From: an uncultured bacterium | Lineage (GTDB): Bacteria > UBA8481 | Assembly (NCBI GenBank): GCA_964499705.1 | Contig: CAZCME010000014.1 | Location: 62,001 to 106,628, forward strand | DNA length: 44,628 bases | Direction of reading: 5' to 3' | Shown here: in pieces, positions 9,901 through 18,889 of the stretch | How positions within the stretch are numbered: the first letter of the stretch is position 1 | Layout of the letters: each line of letters opens with the position of its first letter | Notes under the pieces: generated by a model | Told to the model about the DNA's origin: nothing | What the model saw: the letters and a program-made list of their open reading frames with translations, nothing else | Databases searched by the model: none | Translations under genes and position numbers: made by a program

Positions 9901-10187
9901 AGACTCGCCCGCGCTTCCGCGAAGGGTTCGTGGATGGCGTCGCCGACGCCGCGGACGAATGTCCGGAAGCCCGACTGACCGACGGCGGCATACGCCTGGT
10001 TCGCCGGATGATATTCCAGGAAGGCTCCGTCCTTATTCGCAATGCCCGCGCTGACGACGGCCTGGCCGCGGTTGACGGTGAAGACCCAGAGCGGAACTCC
10101 GGTCGGCCCGGCGATTCCCGGCAGAAAAGAGGCGAAAGGTTTGGCGCGGTTGTAGTCCGGAAGGACGAAGCAGGGTTCGGAGGTCAC
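6924..10187 (-). CDS. Glycoside phosphorylase, GH161-like (putative beta-1,3-glucan phosphorylase)
   Basis: 1087 aa with no signal peptide. Motifs FASFLPGIAG, WVFTVNRGQ, SRKHGDLERDYN, SQGNGNFRDVHQNRR, KPGWNDSLNGLPG, GWLENETVWLHMEYKY and GFVARLSGSTAEF match my recollection of GH161 rather than GH149. Confidence 0.78.
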   Translation of the reverse strand: MTSEPCFVLPDYNRAKPFASFLPGIAGPTGVPLWVFTVNRGQAVVSAGIANKDGAFLEYHPANQAYAAVGQSGFRTFVRGVGDAIHEPFAEARASLVRSRMLITPHDLSLEEIDPSRSLQISVQYFLLPDEPFPGLCRRLTIRNLSRRSLKFDVIDGLPQIIPYGAPGQLVKNMARTLEAFYDVVNIGKDLPFYKLRTLPHDKPHVIPSPQGFFYWSDAAGSGARKLGVIVHPEEVFGSNLGWTVPESFAQGRTRPSARYLGNRTPSAFTLARIAIAPGEAAEIRSIIGFARNVDELNGPVRSRLRVPGFFEAAEERNRSNIRDVTDPFLTVSGDENLDQYARQSFLDNVMRGGAPALFRADGRSQSVYIFSRKHGDLERDYNAFLVEPSFLSQGNGNFRDVHQNRRCDIYFEPGLGDENVRFFYTMIQLDGHNPLELLPERFLLPHPESFAPRIRRAAGSGSAKEIMNLLKAEYRAGDLLRLLLAGSRSSPGKKRKAAEELFSALLCRSEKRYRANFGEGYWVDHWKYGLELIESYLGVYPDRIEPLIFGPDDYTFFDSPAEVLPRSAKHVLVDGVPRQLGAVSHDRQKTALIARRGRDAQMVRTSLTSTEGESETGEPLRVNLCAKLLLLLANKIASLDPSGTGVEMSADKPGWNDSLNGLPGMFGSSTPELYEARNMAAFLVHALEARDGDCARMPIEAATFIEELSSLLDREKSALKFWDKSHDSREKFLHRVRLGVYGRKTPIPAVAAGAFLARVLKKLDAGIAILSRTRPLPPTYLVHTPVAYTVRKDNAGRVIRNPGTGHECILVTKFRRHELPLFLEGIVHACRTHPERARKIYRRVKSSPLFDRKLGMYKLSESLARESVQIGRGATFRPGWLENETVWLHMEYKYLLELLRAGCHEEFFRDWKTMGVPNLDPKVYGRSIYENSSFISSSASDDPEMRGRGFVARLSGSTAEFLHMWVLMTIGARPIRTDNGSLSLRLAPVLPGSFFTRRPREITWRGQIVRIPAHSFACAFLGKTLLLYRNPRRLDTWKNVAPSRYTLELRDGKRVVSDGAELGDTLARIVRDSGAAKIEVQLEASR

Positions 10188-10272
10188 AGGCTCGGTCCGT
10201 CCCGTCTGAACAGGCCGCGCGCCAACTCGAATTGGACAGTAGCTCTCATGAAGTCTCGCTCAGCTCCGATCG

Positions 10273-10286
10273 TGCAATCGCTTGCG
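10273..10286. promoter_or_regulatory. LacI-family operator-like site TGCAATCGCTTGCG
   Basis: Near-palindrome with central CG, just downstream of the predicted -10 of the phosphorylase/ABC operon. Confidence 0.65.
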
Positions 10287-10295
10287 AAAGCCTGT

Positions 10296-10323
10296 AATAT
10301 AGATATTGCAGGAACAAAGTCAA
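10296..10323 (-). promoter_or_regulatory. Sigma70-type promoter for the phosphorylase-ABC-cyclase operon
   Basis: TTGACT (10323-10318), 16-bp spacer, TATATT (10301-10296). Confidence 0.55.
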
Positions 10324-10346
10324 CCTTTTCATCCTGAAAAAGCCCG

Positions 10347-10398
10347 TGCAAACGAATGCAACGGCGTTCTTGACATCCCGGAAGGCGGGCTGCATAAT
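10347..10398 (+). promoter_or_regulatory. Operator-like site plus sigma70 promoter of lacI-1
   Basis: TGCAAACGAATGCA at 10347-10360; TTGACA (10370-10375), 17 bp, CATAAT (10393-10398). Confidence 0.65.
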
Positions 10399-10507
10399 GG
10401 CCAGCCATGACGACGCAAGCGTCTGCACTGGCCCTGTACACCGCTTGCCGCATTGCGGCAGAATGCGGCGGGTCACATCGGGGAGCGGCTCGTCCCAAGG
10501 GGGAATC

Positions 10508-11515
10508 ATGACCGTCACAATCCGGCACATCGCCGCAAAACTCGGGCTCTCCGAGTCGACCGTTTCCCGGGCCTTGACCGGCAAGGCCACGCTCCGGCCG
10601 GAAACCGTCGAGCTGGTCCGGAAGCAGGCGGGCAAGATGGGATACATCCCGAATGTGGTCGCGCGCAGCCTCGCGGGAAACCGGAGCGGGCTCATCGGGC
10701 TGGCGCTTCCCGCCCTGGATTACGCGCACGGCGAATTCTATTCCGCGATGACTCTGGGCGTGGAGCACACCTCGGAGATGTACGGATATTTTCTCCTCGT
10801 ATTTCCCAGCCGCGAGCTCGGTTCGTCCCGGTTTCTTTTCCAGACTTTTCTCGACGGCATCCTGATCCTCGGGCCCGGAACATCGCCCATCGTGAAGCCG
10901 TCGAAGCCGGTGGTCGTCCTCGATCACAAGTTGAACGGCATCCCCTCGATCATCTCCAACAACCGCACCGGAGCGATCGAAGCGACGAAATTTCTCCTCG
11001 AGAACGGCCACAGGCGCATTCTCTTTCTCGGCGGACCGGCTCAGCACCCCACGGTCCGCGAACGGTACAACGGCATGAAGGAAGCGATCAAGAAGTTCGG
11101 GGACGACACGGTCGTCACGTCCGCTATCCATGTCGACTGGCGGCGCAACAGCTCGGCCGGCCGCGACGCCATCGCCGAAGTCATGGCCGAGGGGCCGTGG
11201 AATCACACCGCCGTCCTCGCCGCCAACGACATGCTCGCCGCGGGCGCGCTGAACGAGCTCCAGTCGCGCGGCTTCTCCGTTCCCGGCCAGGTCTCCGTCA
11301 TCGGCTTCGACGACAGCGTCCTCTGCGACATCACGTCGCCACGGCTGACCAGCGTCCGGCAGCAGCCCTATGAAATGGGCGTCGCCGCGATGGAGCAGCT
11401 CCATGCCCTTATCACCGGCTCCAAGGCCAAAGCTCGCAACATCTGGACCACCACCCTCATCTCCCGGGATTCCGCCGGCCCCGCTCCGCAAGCTCCTTCT
11501 CAATCCGTTCCATAG
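10508..11515 (+). CDS. LacI-family transcriptional regulator
   Basis: MTVTIRHIAAKLGLSESTVSRAL HTH, GYIPNVVARSL hinge, AANDMLAAGA, VPGQVSVIGFDD and PRLTSVRQ. Start moved to ATG 10508. Confidence 0.95.
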   Translation: MTVTIRHIAAKLGLSESTVSRALTGKATLRPETVELVRKQAGKMGYIPNVVARSLAGNRSGLIGLALPALDYAHGEFYSAMTLGVEHTSEMYGYFLLVFPSRELGSSRFLFQTFLDGILILGPGTSPIVKPSKPVVVLDHKLNGIPSIISNNRTGAIEATKFLLENGHRRILFLGGPAQHPTVRERYNGMKEAIKKFGDDTVVTSAIHVDWRRNSSAGRDAIAEVMAEGPWNHTAVLAANDMLAAGALNELQSRGFSVPGQVSVIGFDDSVLCDITSPRLTSVRQQPYEMGVAAMEQLHALITGSKAKARNIWTTTLISRDSAGPAPQAPSQSVP

Positions 11516-12146
11516 CACCCGTCGCGCTGTCGACGATGACCGGATTGTAGGAATATTCGTTCAGAATTTTCCGCCAGATCACGAGGGCTTCTTCCGGCCT
11601 CCCCTCTTCCTCGACCTTCCTGGCCTTCATGGTCCAGAAGATCGCGACGATTTCGTTGGCCTCGAAGTATCCGCTCGATCTCGCCGCCTCCGGCGTCGGA
11701 ATCTCAAGCGACGGCGCCGCCTGCAGCAGCTGATCGAGATCGACGTCGAAGACGGAGACGACTCCGAAGGCCGCGAAGCGGATGTGCCGGTTCGCCGGAA
11801 ATTTTTCGACCCCCTCGCGAATCAGTTCGATCGCGAGATCCTTCCGGTTCCACATGCACATCGCGACGATGCCGCAGAGATAGGGCTCCGGATAGTTCGG
11901 ATGAAGCTGCGCGGCCACGCGGATCGTCCTGTAATTGCGCCACGCTTCCGACGACGTCACGCGCGAGGACGACGCCACGCGCTGGGCGGTCTTGATCCAG
12001 AGGAGATCCCCGAGCGCCCTAGGCGCGCCATAAAATCGAAGGTCGAAATTCATGGAGGGGAGTTCCGCCGGCCGGATGGCGACGGATACGGCACCCGCGA
12101 GAGCAACGGCAAGAATCGACAATGCTCCAGCCGTCCGGCTTGTCAC
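11457..12146 (-). CDS. Membrane-anchored TPR-like protein (PilG/XapA-like)
   Basis: GTG 12146 overlaps the permease stop. N-terminal hydrophobic helix, then GDLLWIKTAQ...LHPNYPEPYLCG...DLAIELIREGVEKFP with helical-repeat character. Third gene of an ATPase-permease cassette. Confidence 0.6.
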   Translation of the reverse strand: MTSRTAGALSILAVALAGAVSVAIRPAELPSMNFDLRFYGAPRALGDLLWIKTAQRVASSSRVTSSEAWRNYRTIRVAAQLHPNYPEPYLCGIVAMCMWNRKDLAIELIREGVEKFPANRHIRFAAFGVVSVFDVDLDQLLQAAPSLEIPTPEAARSSGYFEANEIVAIFWTMKARKVEEEGRPEEALVIWRKILNEYSYNPVIVDSATGAMERIEKELAERGRRNPGR

Positions 12147-12898
12147 TAGAGATCGCGCCGCCGGAGAAAGAGGAGGGCCATGAAGAGAAACGCAAGCGAG
12201 AAACAGGAGGTCTGGACGGCGGCCACCAGCACGACCTTCATGGAGAAATGCTCCAGAAGGCGCGCGTTGTAAAACTCGATATCCGGCAGAAATACTCCGA
12301 AATACAACCCCACCTGACCCTGCCAGTCGGAGCGAAGCGCTCCGTACGTGAAAGGGTGATGATGAAGGTTCGCGACGGCCCAGTAGCCGAACGCCATCGC
12401 CAGAGCGAGGGCTCGAGGAGCCAGGATGGTGAAGGCGGAACAGGCGCTGGCCCAGATGAGATTCTCCAGGGGCATGAGAATCATCGCGTGCATCAGGTCG
12501 CTCTGGTTCGACGGATCGTAACCGAGGAGAAAGAAGAAGAGGACAAGTGTCAGGGGAGCGGCGATGGAGAGCGTCACCGCAACAAGCGCCACGCCGCACC
12601 AGCGGCCCAGCAGGAGGGTCGTGCGCGAGATGCCGGAGGCCAGGAGCGGCCATACGATCGGGCGCGTCGCGACCCCGACAAACTCCAGCGCGAGAAGAAT
12701 GGAGGTCAGCGAGCAAAACAGACCGACACCGGTGAGCGAAAGATCGAGCGCGATCTCCGCCTGGGACTCGAATGACAGATCTCCGAGAAAGAGGCTGCCC
12801 CACGCCAGAACCGCCACGAAGACGAGAAGCGCGTGCAGAACGCGCGCGCGGATGATCTCCAGGATCGTCTGCGACGCGATGTTCGCGATCACCCTCAT
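12146..12898 (-). CDS. ABC-2 type transporter permease (PilI/XapB-like)
   Basis: About 6 TM helices; [18 protein letters not shown] start and [13 protein letters not shown] motif. ATGA overlap with the ATPase. Confidence 0.8.
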   Translation of the reverse strand: MRVIANIASQTILEIIRARVLHALLVFVAVLAWGSLFLGDLSFESQAEIALDLSLTGVGLFCSLTSILLALEFVGVATRPIVWPLLASGISRTTLLLGRWCGVALVAVTLSIAAPLTLVLFFFLLGYDPSNQSDLMHAMILMPLENLIWASACSAFTILAPRALALAMAFGYWAVANLHHHPFTYGALRSDWQGQVGLYFGVFLPDIEFYNARLLEHFSMKVVLVAAVQTSCFSLAFLFMALLFLRRRDL

Positions 12899-13659
12899 GA
12901 GAACAGGGCTCCGGGCAGAATCAAATCTTCACCGCGCCGCGTGCCGTCCGGATCGACGATGGCGAAGAAGCGGTCCTGCCAAGTGGCGGAGCCCGGCCGG
13001 GTTCGATCCCACGTTTCCGCGATCCGGCCTTCATGCAGAATGAGGATACGGTCCGAGATCGCCTCGACCTCCGAGAGATCATGCGACGCGAAGAGAACGG
13101 ATGTGCCTCCGGCTTTCAGGCGCCCGATGATCCGGGCCAGGTCGCGACGACCGAGGGGGTCGAGCCCGGACTGCGGTTCGTCCAGGACGAGGAGCTCCGG
13201 ATCGTTCGCGAGCGCGGCGGCCAGCGCGACACGGCGACGCATGCCCTTGGACATATGACGCGTGCGCACGCCCGCCGCGCGCGAAATCCCCGTCGCTTCC
13301 AGCAGCTCCGTCGCCCGCGTTCCCACGGAAGCGACGACGCGCCCGGCGCGCCCCACGGCATAACGGGCGATCTCATTGGCCGTCAGTTCCGGGGGCAGAT
13401 CGGATTCCTCCGGGAGAAATCCCACCCGAAGCGGCGACGATCTCGTCATCGAAATCTCCCGGCCGTGATGCTTGACAGATCCGTCCGTCGGCGCCACAAG
13501 GCCCAGCAGAATCTTGATCGCCGTCGTCTTGCCCGCGCCGTTGACTCCGGCGATCCCGATGACTTCCGAGGCGGAAATGGCGAGGGTGAGGCCGCGCAGG
13601 ACCGACTTGCGTTGAAATGATTTCTCGATGTCCTCGAGCGATGCAATCTCGTCAGCCAA
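12895..13659 (-). CDS. ABC transporter ATP-binding protein (PilH/XapD-like exporter type)
   Basis: [23 protein letters not shown] signature, [16 protein letters not shown] and ASHDLSEVE. Confidence 0.92.
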   Translation of the reverse strand: MADEIASLEDIEKSFQRKSVLRGLTLAISASEVIGIAGVNGAGKTTAIKILLGLVAPTDGSVKHHGREISMTRSSPLRVGFLPEESDLPPELTANEIARYAVGRAGRVVASVGTRATELLEATGISRAAGVRTRHMSKGMRRRVALAAALANDPELLVLDEPQSGLDPLGRRDLARIIGRLKAGGTSVLFASHDLSEVEAISDRILILHEGRIAETWDRTRPGSATWQDRFFAIVDPDGTRRGEDLILPGALFS

Positions 13660-13852
13660 TTCGAATCCCTGCCATCATTCCATGGTAAGCGCGATCAGGA
13701 TATGGAATCAAGATGGATTCGCTCAAAAGGCTTTCGAATGACGGGCGAAACAGAATAGACACACGCAAGATCTATTACCGCGCTGATTTCTACCCGCGCC
13801 ACGGAATCCAGAGGATCGTGATCGCCACCTGAGCTATCATGGTGGCCGACGT

Positions 13853-15112
13853 ATGACAGATCTCTTTTCTAAACGTATCTGCGCCCTCCTGGTTCTTGGC
13901 GCTGCGCTTATGCGGGTGTGGATGATACTCGAGTGGCCCCAGGCCATCAGCGGAACCGATGCGGCGCAGTATATCAGCCTCGCGCGCAATATCGTCGAGG
14001 GGCGCGGATATTCGCTCTGGTCTTCTACTCCCTTCGATCCGGACGTCTATCGGTCTCCCGGTTATCCGCTCTTTCTTGCCATGCTTTTCAAGCTGGGCAT
14101 CTCGGAAATCGGTATTCTAGCGGGCCAGGTGATCCTGGATATTGTCTCGCTTTTCGCCGGTGCCGCCCTGGTGTCGAAAATGATGGGCCGGCGAGCCGGA
14201 CAAATCGCGCTTATCATGGGTCTCTTCTGCCCCTTCACGGCGGCCATCCCCTGCCTGTTTCTATCCGAATCGCTCGCGATGCCGCTCATCACATTTCTCT
14301 TTGTCCTGGCTCCCCTGGCCACCCGATGGCATGGCGCGGTTCTGTTCGGGTTTGTGCTGGGCCTCCTGATTCTGACCCGCGGAGGATTTCTTCCCTCCGT
14401 CGCTCTGGCGGGCCTGTTCCTGCTGCTTCCCGTCACATGTTCCGGGAATACTTCCTGGTTCCGAAGGCTGGGATTGAGCGGCGCCATGGCGGTCACCGCG
14501 AGCATTGTCCTGCTTCCCTATGGATTCTGGAATCTCCACACTCACGGTTCGTTCTCCGTCACGCCGCTGGCCGGTATGGGTCGCGCCCTGTGGGGCGGAG
14601 TCGCCATGATGCCGGGCATGCCTGCCCTTCCGCCGCCGGAACCCGCGTGGTCCGTGCATAATTCCATCTGGGGTGACGGCACGGTGAAGCCGGGCCCGGC
14701 GGAGCTCATTGCGGCGGATAACGCGATGAAGGATGTCGCCGTCGACGCGATCCGCCTGCATCCCTTTCGTTATCTGAACGGTGCGGCCCGCCACGCCTTG
14801 CATATCTGGTTCGGCGAACGCTATCTCTTTCCCTTCAACAATCCCGTGATTCCCGGATTCTGGCTCCGCCTCGGAAGTTCGCTCCTGCTGGCGCTCGCCC
14901 TGGGTTCTCTCATAACCCTTCCCTCGCCGCCGGGAGTCAAGGCTCTCATGGTGCTGCCCGCGCTGACCCTGGCGCTGACGCACCCCTGGCTTTATGTCAA
15001 CATGCGTTACACATCAACCGCATTAGGTCCGATCGTACTCCTGGCCGGCGCCGGCGTGCACGTCCTTATCACCCGTATTTCACAACAATCGCTTTTTCGC
15101 CGGAAGTCGTGA
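13853..15112 (+). CDS. GT-C fold membrane glycosyltransferase (PMT/ArnT-like)
   Basis: Multi-TM protein with DAAQYISLARNI...YRSPGYPLFLA, LSESLA, LILTR, WNLHTHG and an RY near the C-terminus. Confidence 0.8.
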   Translation: MTDLFSKRICALLVLGAALMRVWMILEWPQAISGTDAAQYISLARNIVEGRGYSLWSSTPFDPDVYRSPGYPLFLAMLFKLGISEIGILAGQVILDIVSLFAGAALVSKMMGRRAGQIALIMGLFCPFTAAIPCLFLSESLAMPLITFLFVLAPLATRWHGAVLFGFVLGLLILTRGGFLPSVALAGLFLLLPVTCSGNTSWFRRLGLSGAMAVTASIVLLPYGFWNLHTHGSFSVTPLAGMGRALWGGVAMMPGMPALPPPEPAWSVHNSIWGDGTVKPGPAELIAADNAMKDVAVDAIRLHPFRYLNGAARHALHIWFGERYLFPFNNPVIPGFWLRLGSSLLLALALGSLITLPSPPGVKALMVLPALTLALTHPWLYVNMRYTSTALGPIVLLAGAGVHVLITRISQQSLFRRKS

Positions 15113-17411
15113 CGGGAATAAGAGGACCCGATAGTCGCACGCCATCCAGCCAGATTCCTCGTTCCTCGCCGGTTGTTGCCCGTTCGAATTCGATCGTGTA
15201 AACCCCGCCGCGATATTTCTTCCTGACGGTAAACCGGTTCCAGGATGCGGGCACTTTCGGATCGATCCGCAGGCCGTCGTACTCGGCGCTCACGCCGAGA
15301 ATGTGGTCATAGGCGGCCCGCAGAAGCCATGCGGCGTTGCCTGTGAACCACGAGAAGAAATTCTGGCCGAACCGCGGATGACCCGGGCCGCAGTAATAAT
15401 TGCCGGTGCAGTACGGCTCGCTCGTTCTCCGCGCGTCGAAATTCTCGGGATTCGTCGGCAGGAGATTCCGGAATGTGGTCACGGCGTCGTCGACCGCTCC
15501 CACCGCGATATCCGCGTAGATCTTGAATGTCACGGCGTGCTGATACACCGCTCCGTTCTCGAACGTGCCCGGCTCCAGTCGCGCGATGCGGCCGACTTCT
15601 TCGGCGTCTTCCACGTAGGGAGGCGCCAGGAGCGCGGGCCCGAGGGGCGTATCAAGGTGCTCCGCGATGGCGGCGCGGATGAGCTCGATCTGGTCGGGCG
15701 TCGCCAGTCCCGTGAAGATGGCCCAGGTCTGGGAATTGAGATGAATGCGCCCTTCTCGGTTGCTTTTCGAACCGATCGGCTGTCCGCTTCCCGTGAAGCC
15801 GTAGACATACCACGAGCCGTCCCACGCGTGCTCGTGCAGAGCTCTTCGCAGCTCGGCGGATCGCTTCAGGTACGTCGCGCCCGTCTCGGCGTCTCCCGCC
15901 CGGCGAAAAAGCTCGGCGAGAATGTTCTGCGCGTGATAGAGAGCCATCGTGAGCCACGCGGAAACGGCGGCGCCGGAACGGCTGATGCCTTCGAGCGCGT
16001 CGTTCCAGTCGCCGTCGCCGGCCAGGCAGAAACCGAACCGGCCGCGCCGCTCGAATAACAGGTCGAGCGCGGCCTTGATGTGCTCCCTCACCGGGGCGAC
16101 GGACGCGTCATCGAGCCAGGGAATGCGCTGATCGAGAATCGCTAAGTCGCCGGTCTCCTTGACGTAATCCGCGACGGCCATCCCGATCCATGTTCCGGAA
16201 TCCATGAACGCCCGCAGATCGTGCCGGTCGTCGACGATCGAATAATTCCGCGGGCAGACGCCGTCCCGCTTGATATGAGCCATGGTCCGCAGGAGCGCCG
16301 CGCGCGCGCGCGCGGGATCGAGAAGCGAGTAGCCCCAGGTATCCTGGAGCGTGTCTCGAAAGCCGACAAATCCGGATCGGATGAAGCGGAATGTCAGGAA
16401 AAGCTGATTCTTGAGCCAGACGTTGAGGAAATTCTGCAGATCCGGCTCCGGTAGTTCGCAGGACGGATAGTCCCTCAATCGCTTCCAGTTCTCCCGGACG
16501 TTGTTCTCTTCATCGGCATAACTGCTCCGCGATATGTAGCGCGCGCTCATCCGGAGAAATCGCTCCTCGTCGTCCTCCGCGCCCGACGCGGTGTGCACGG
16601 TGCGCGTCTCGTTGCGGCCAAGCGACCATTCCGCCGCGAGGCGGCAGACCTTGAACGTGAAGCGCCTCCCGTTCCGGCGAACGACATGCTCGTCGCGCAC
16701 GGTGGCGCTCAGCAATTCCGGCGAGAGAAAAAGGCCCCAGAGCGGCATGGGCAGTTCCTTGTTCCAGGTCCGCGCGAGGACCGCGTTCGCGACGGCGCTA
16801 ACATCCATGTCCTTTCCGGGCGTGGAAAGATAAGGAATGCCTTCCTCGGCGGTGTGGATGCCGAAGCGCGAGAATGTCCATTTCTGTTCGCAGGCGACTC
16901 TCAGACGGCGCGAAGTTTCGCTCGCGTTGCGGATCTCAATGCGCGAGAGCTCCACGGCATCGCTCCATGCCACGAACACGGTCATCGTGATCGCGATTCC
17001 GTTGTGCTCCGCCGTAAGAGTCGTCGAGCCCGGCCGGTGAACGCACTTCACATTCTCCGCATCCTGGAAATGATTCCATTTCTCTCCGGATTCCAGATCC
17101 TCCACGAGGACCATCCGTCCGTCCTCGAACTGGCGGGGCAGGTAATCGACGGGATGATCGTACTTCGTGATGCGGAGCAGAAGCGTCTTGTACCAGGAGA
17201 ATCCCAGGCCGGTATTGGAGATGACGGAGCCGAAGCGGTCGTTGCAGAGGTAGTTCAGCCAGGGGCGGGGAGTATTCCTGTCCGTGATCTCGTAGGCGGC
17301 GCCCTCTTCGATGAATTGTCCGTATCGCTTTTCGCGCGCGTGAAAGTCCTCCTCGGAGCACCAGTAGCCGGACGTGTCGCAGTCGTAGACAGGCCGGGCT
17401 GCGGAAGACAT
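15069..17411 (-). CDS. GH94-family glycoside phosphorylase (substrate uncertain)
   Basis: TPRPWLNYL, GFRDTLQD, GDWNDAL catalytic motif, AWDGSWY, IHLNSQTWA, ENGAVYQHA and SWFTGNAAW. Start set at ATG 17411. Confidence 0.88.
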   Translation of the reverse strand: MSSAARPVYDCDTSGYWCSEEDFHAREKRYGQFIEEGAAYEITDRNTPRPWLNYLCNDRFGSVISNTGLGFSWYKTLLLRITKYDHPVDYLPRQFEDGRMVLVEDLESGEKWNHFQDAENVKCVHRPGSTTLTAEHNGIAITMTVFVAWSDAVELSRIEIRNASETSRRLRVACEQKWTFSRFGIHTAEEGIPYLSTPGKDMDVSAVANAVLARTWNKELPMPLWGLFLSPELLSATVRDEHVVRRNGRRFTFKVCRLAAEWSLGRNETRTVHTASGAEDDEERFLRMSARYISRSSYADEENNVRENWKRLRDYPSCELPEPDLQNFLNVWLKNQLFLTFRFIRSGFVGFRDTLQDTWGYSLLDPARARAALLRTMAHIKRDGVCPRNYSIVDDRHDLRAFMDSGTWIGMAVADYVKETGDLAILDQRIPWLDDASVAPVREHIKAALDLLFERRGRFGFCLAGDGDWNDALEGISRSGAAVSAWLTMALYHAQNILAELFRRAGDAETGATYLKRSAELRRALHEHAWDGSWYVYGFTGSGQPIGSKSNREGRIHLNSQTWAIFTGLATPDQIELIRAAIAEHLDTPLGPALLAPPYVEDAEEVGRIARLEPGTFENGAVYQHAVTFKIYADIAVGAVDDAVTTFRNLLPTNPENFDARRTSEPYCTGNYYCGPGHPRFGQNFFSWFTGNAAWLLRAAYDHILGVSAEYDGLRIDPKVPASWNRFTVRKKYRGGVYTIEFERATTGEERGIWLDGVRLSGPLIPVTTSGEKAIVVKYG

Positions 17412-17433
17412 CAGGTGTTCCGCGAACCGGCGT

Positions 17434-17664
17434 TCATTTGAATTTCCCCGTCGGATCGCTTGTCGCCAGGAAGACGGACTCGAAACCGAGCGAGACGAGA
17501 ATGCGCTCGAAGAGCGCGGGCTCACGGATCTGAATATAAACCGCGGCGCCTCCCAGCGCCAGGATGAGCAGGAGCGCCACGACGAACGCGCGCGAGGGAC
17601 CGCGCCCGGATCTCCCGTTTTCATTCGGGACGGAAGTCGGCGAAAGTTCCTCGGGATTTTCCAT
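17434..17664 (-). CDS. Small single-pass membrane protein (76 aa)
   Basis: ATG 2 nt after the upstream stop, with a GGAGA RBS; one TM (AFVVALLLILALGGAAVYI). Fills the gap in the operon. Confidence 0.55.
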   Translation of the reverse strand: MENPEELSPTSVPNENGRSGRGPSRAFVVALLLILALGGAAVYIQIREPALFERILVSLGFESVFLATSDPTGKFK

Positions 17665-17665
17665 G

Positions 17666-18874
17666 TCAGTTGTCTCCCACGAAGAACGGAAAATTGGCGG
17701 TCGCCAGGTTGCCGTGCCCGTCTTCCACGTAGGCGTACAAACGATAGGCACCGGGAACTTCAGGCGCGCGGATCGTGACCGCGTTTCCCCCGTTGGCCGT
17801 CACGGCGTCCGCGACGGCGCGCGGCGCCGCTTCGGCGTCCCCGCCTTCCCTCTTGTCGGAGCTCTCCGCGAGCACTTCCCATCGGTACCGGAGCGCCGAG
17901 TCGGGATGATCCTTCCGCGTGTCGGCTTCCAGTTCGAGTTCCGCGCGGTGTTCCTCGCGCGGCTTCACCATCCGCTCGGATGCGACGCTCTTCAAGGCGC
18001 GGATCACCGGACCCTGCCGCTCGGAAGCGCGGCCGGTCCACGCGCGCGTCATCGCCTCCACCGTGGAATACTTCGCGCCGGATTCGGAGAACATCGAAAA
18101 CCATGTCCCCGTATGTTCCTGCTTGAATCCCCACTTGAAGACATAGGAGCCGAGGCACCATCCCCGCCGGCTCTCGATGGCATGTCGGTAATTGTCGTAG
18201 TAGAAAGCGGCCTTCTCGGTGCTCGTCGGTTCCAGTTCCGCGCCCCACGATGTCTTCCCGACTTCCCACCAGCCCTTGGGCCCGAACTCCGTCACGATGT
18301 ACGGACGCGTCCACCCGAATTCGCCCAGGCGCTCGGGAACGGTCGGCAGGCCGCCGTAGGAGTTCACTCCCAGGATGTCGATCTCCGGGCAGTGGCGCTT
18401 CAGCGCATCGATCTTCACCTGGCTGGCGTCCGCCGTGACCGTCATCGTCGGATGGTCCGGATCCACATCATGAATCATGCGCCCGATTTCGTTCACGTGA
18501 CGCCAGATCTTTTCGTTTTCGCCGGACGCTTCCATCTCGTTGCCGATGCCCCACAAGAGGAGCGCGGGATGATCCTTGAACTGGAGCACGTGCCGCTTCG
18601 CGGTCTCGAACTGCCTTGCGACGAACGCGGGATCGCCGTAGTCGAAACCATGGCGCTCATGCTGCAGCCATAATCCGAGCGTGACGGAGAGTCCCAGGGC
18701 GTGAGCGCGGTCGAGAATCGGGCCGGCTCCGTCCGTGCCCCAGGTCCGGATGGAGTTTCCTCCGCAGGCGACGAGAAGCTCGAGTTGATCGTCGCCGCCG
18801 GCGCCCTTGATGAAGTACGGAGCGCCGTCGCGCGTGAGCACCCAGCCGGAATCATTTTTTTCTATGCGCGCCAC
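17666..18874 (-). CDS. Clan GH-A TIM-barrel glycoside hydrolase, GH158-like (putative endo-beta-1,3-glucanase), with C-terminal Ig-like domain
   Basis: PYFIKGAGG, GGNSIRTWG, ERHGFDY, KDHPALLLWGIGNE (acid/base), PYIVTEFGP (nucleophile) and WGFKQE. The start is weak (GTG, no obvious RBS). Confidence 0.75.
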   Translation of the reverse strand: MARIEKNDSGWVLTRDGAPYFIKGAGGDDQLELLVACGGNSIRTWGTDGAGPILDRAHALGLSVTLGLWLQHERHGFDYGDPAFVARQFETAKRHVLQFKDHPALLLWGIGNEMEASGENEKIWRHVNEIGRMIHDVDPDHPTMTVTADASQVKIDALKRHCPEIDILGVNSYGGLPTVPERLGEFGWTRPYIVTEFGPKGWWEVGKTSWGAELEPTSTEKAAFYYDNYRHAIESRRGWCLGSYVFKWGFKQEHTGTWFSMFSESGAKYSTVEAMTRAWTGRASERQGPVIRALKSVASERMVKPREEHRAELELEADTRKDHPDSALRYRWEVLAESSDKREGGDAEAAPRAVADAVTANGGNAVTIRAPEVPGAYRLYAYVEDGHGNLATANFPFFVGDN

Positions 18875-18889
18875 GGAGCGGAAATCATT

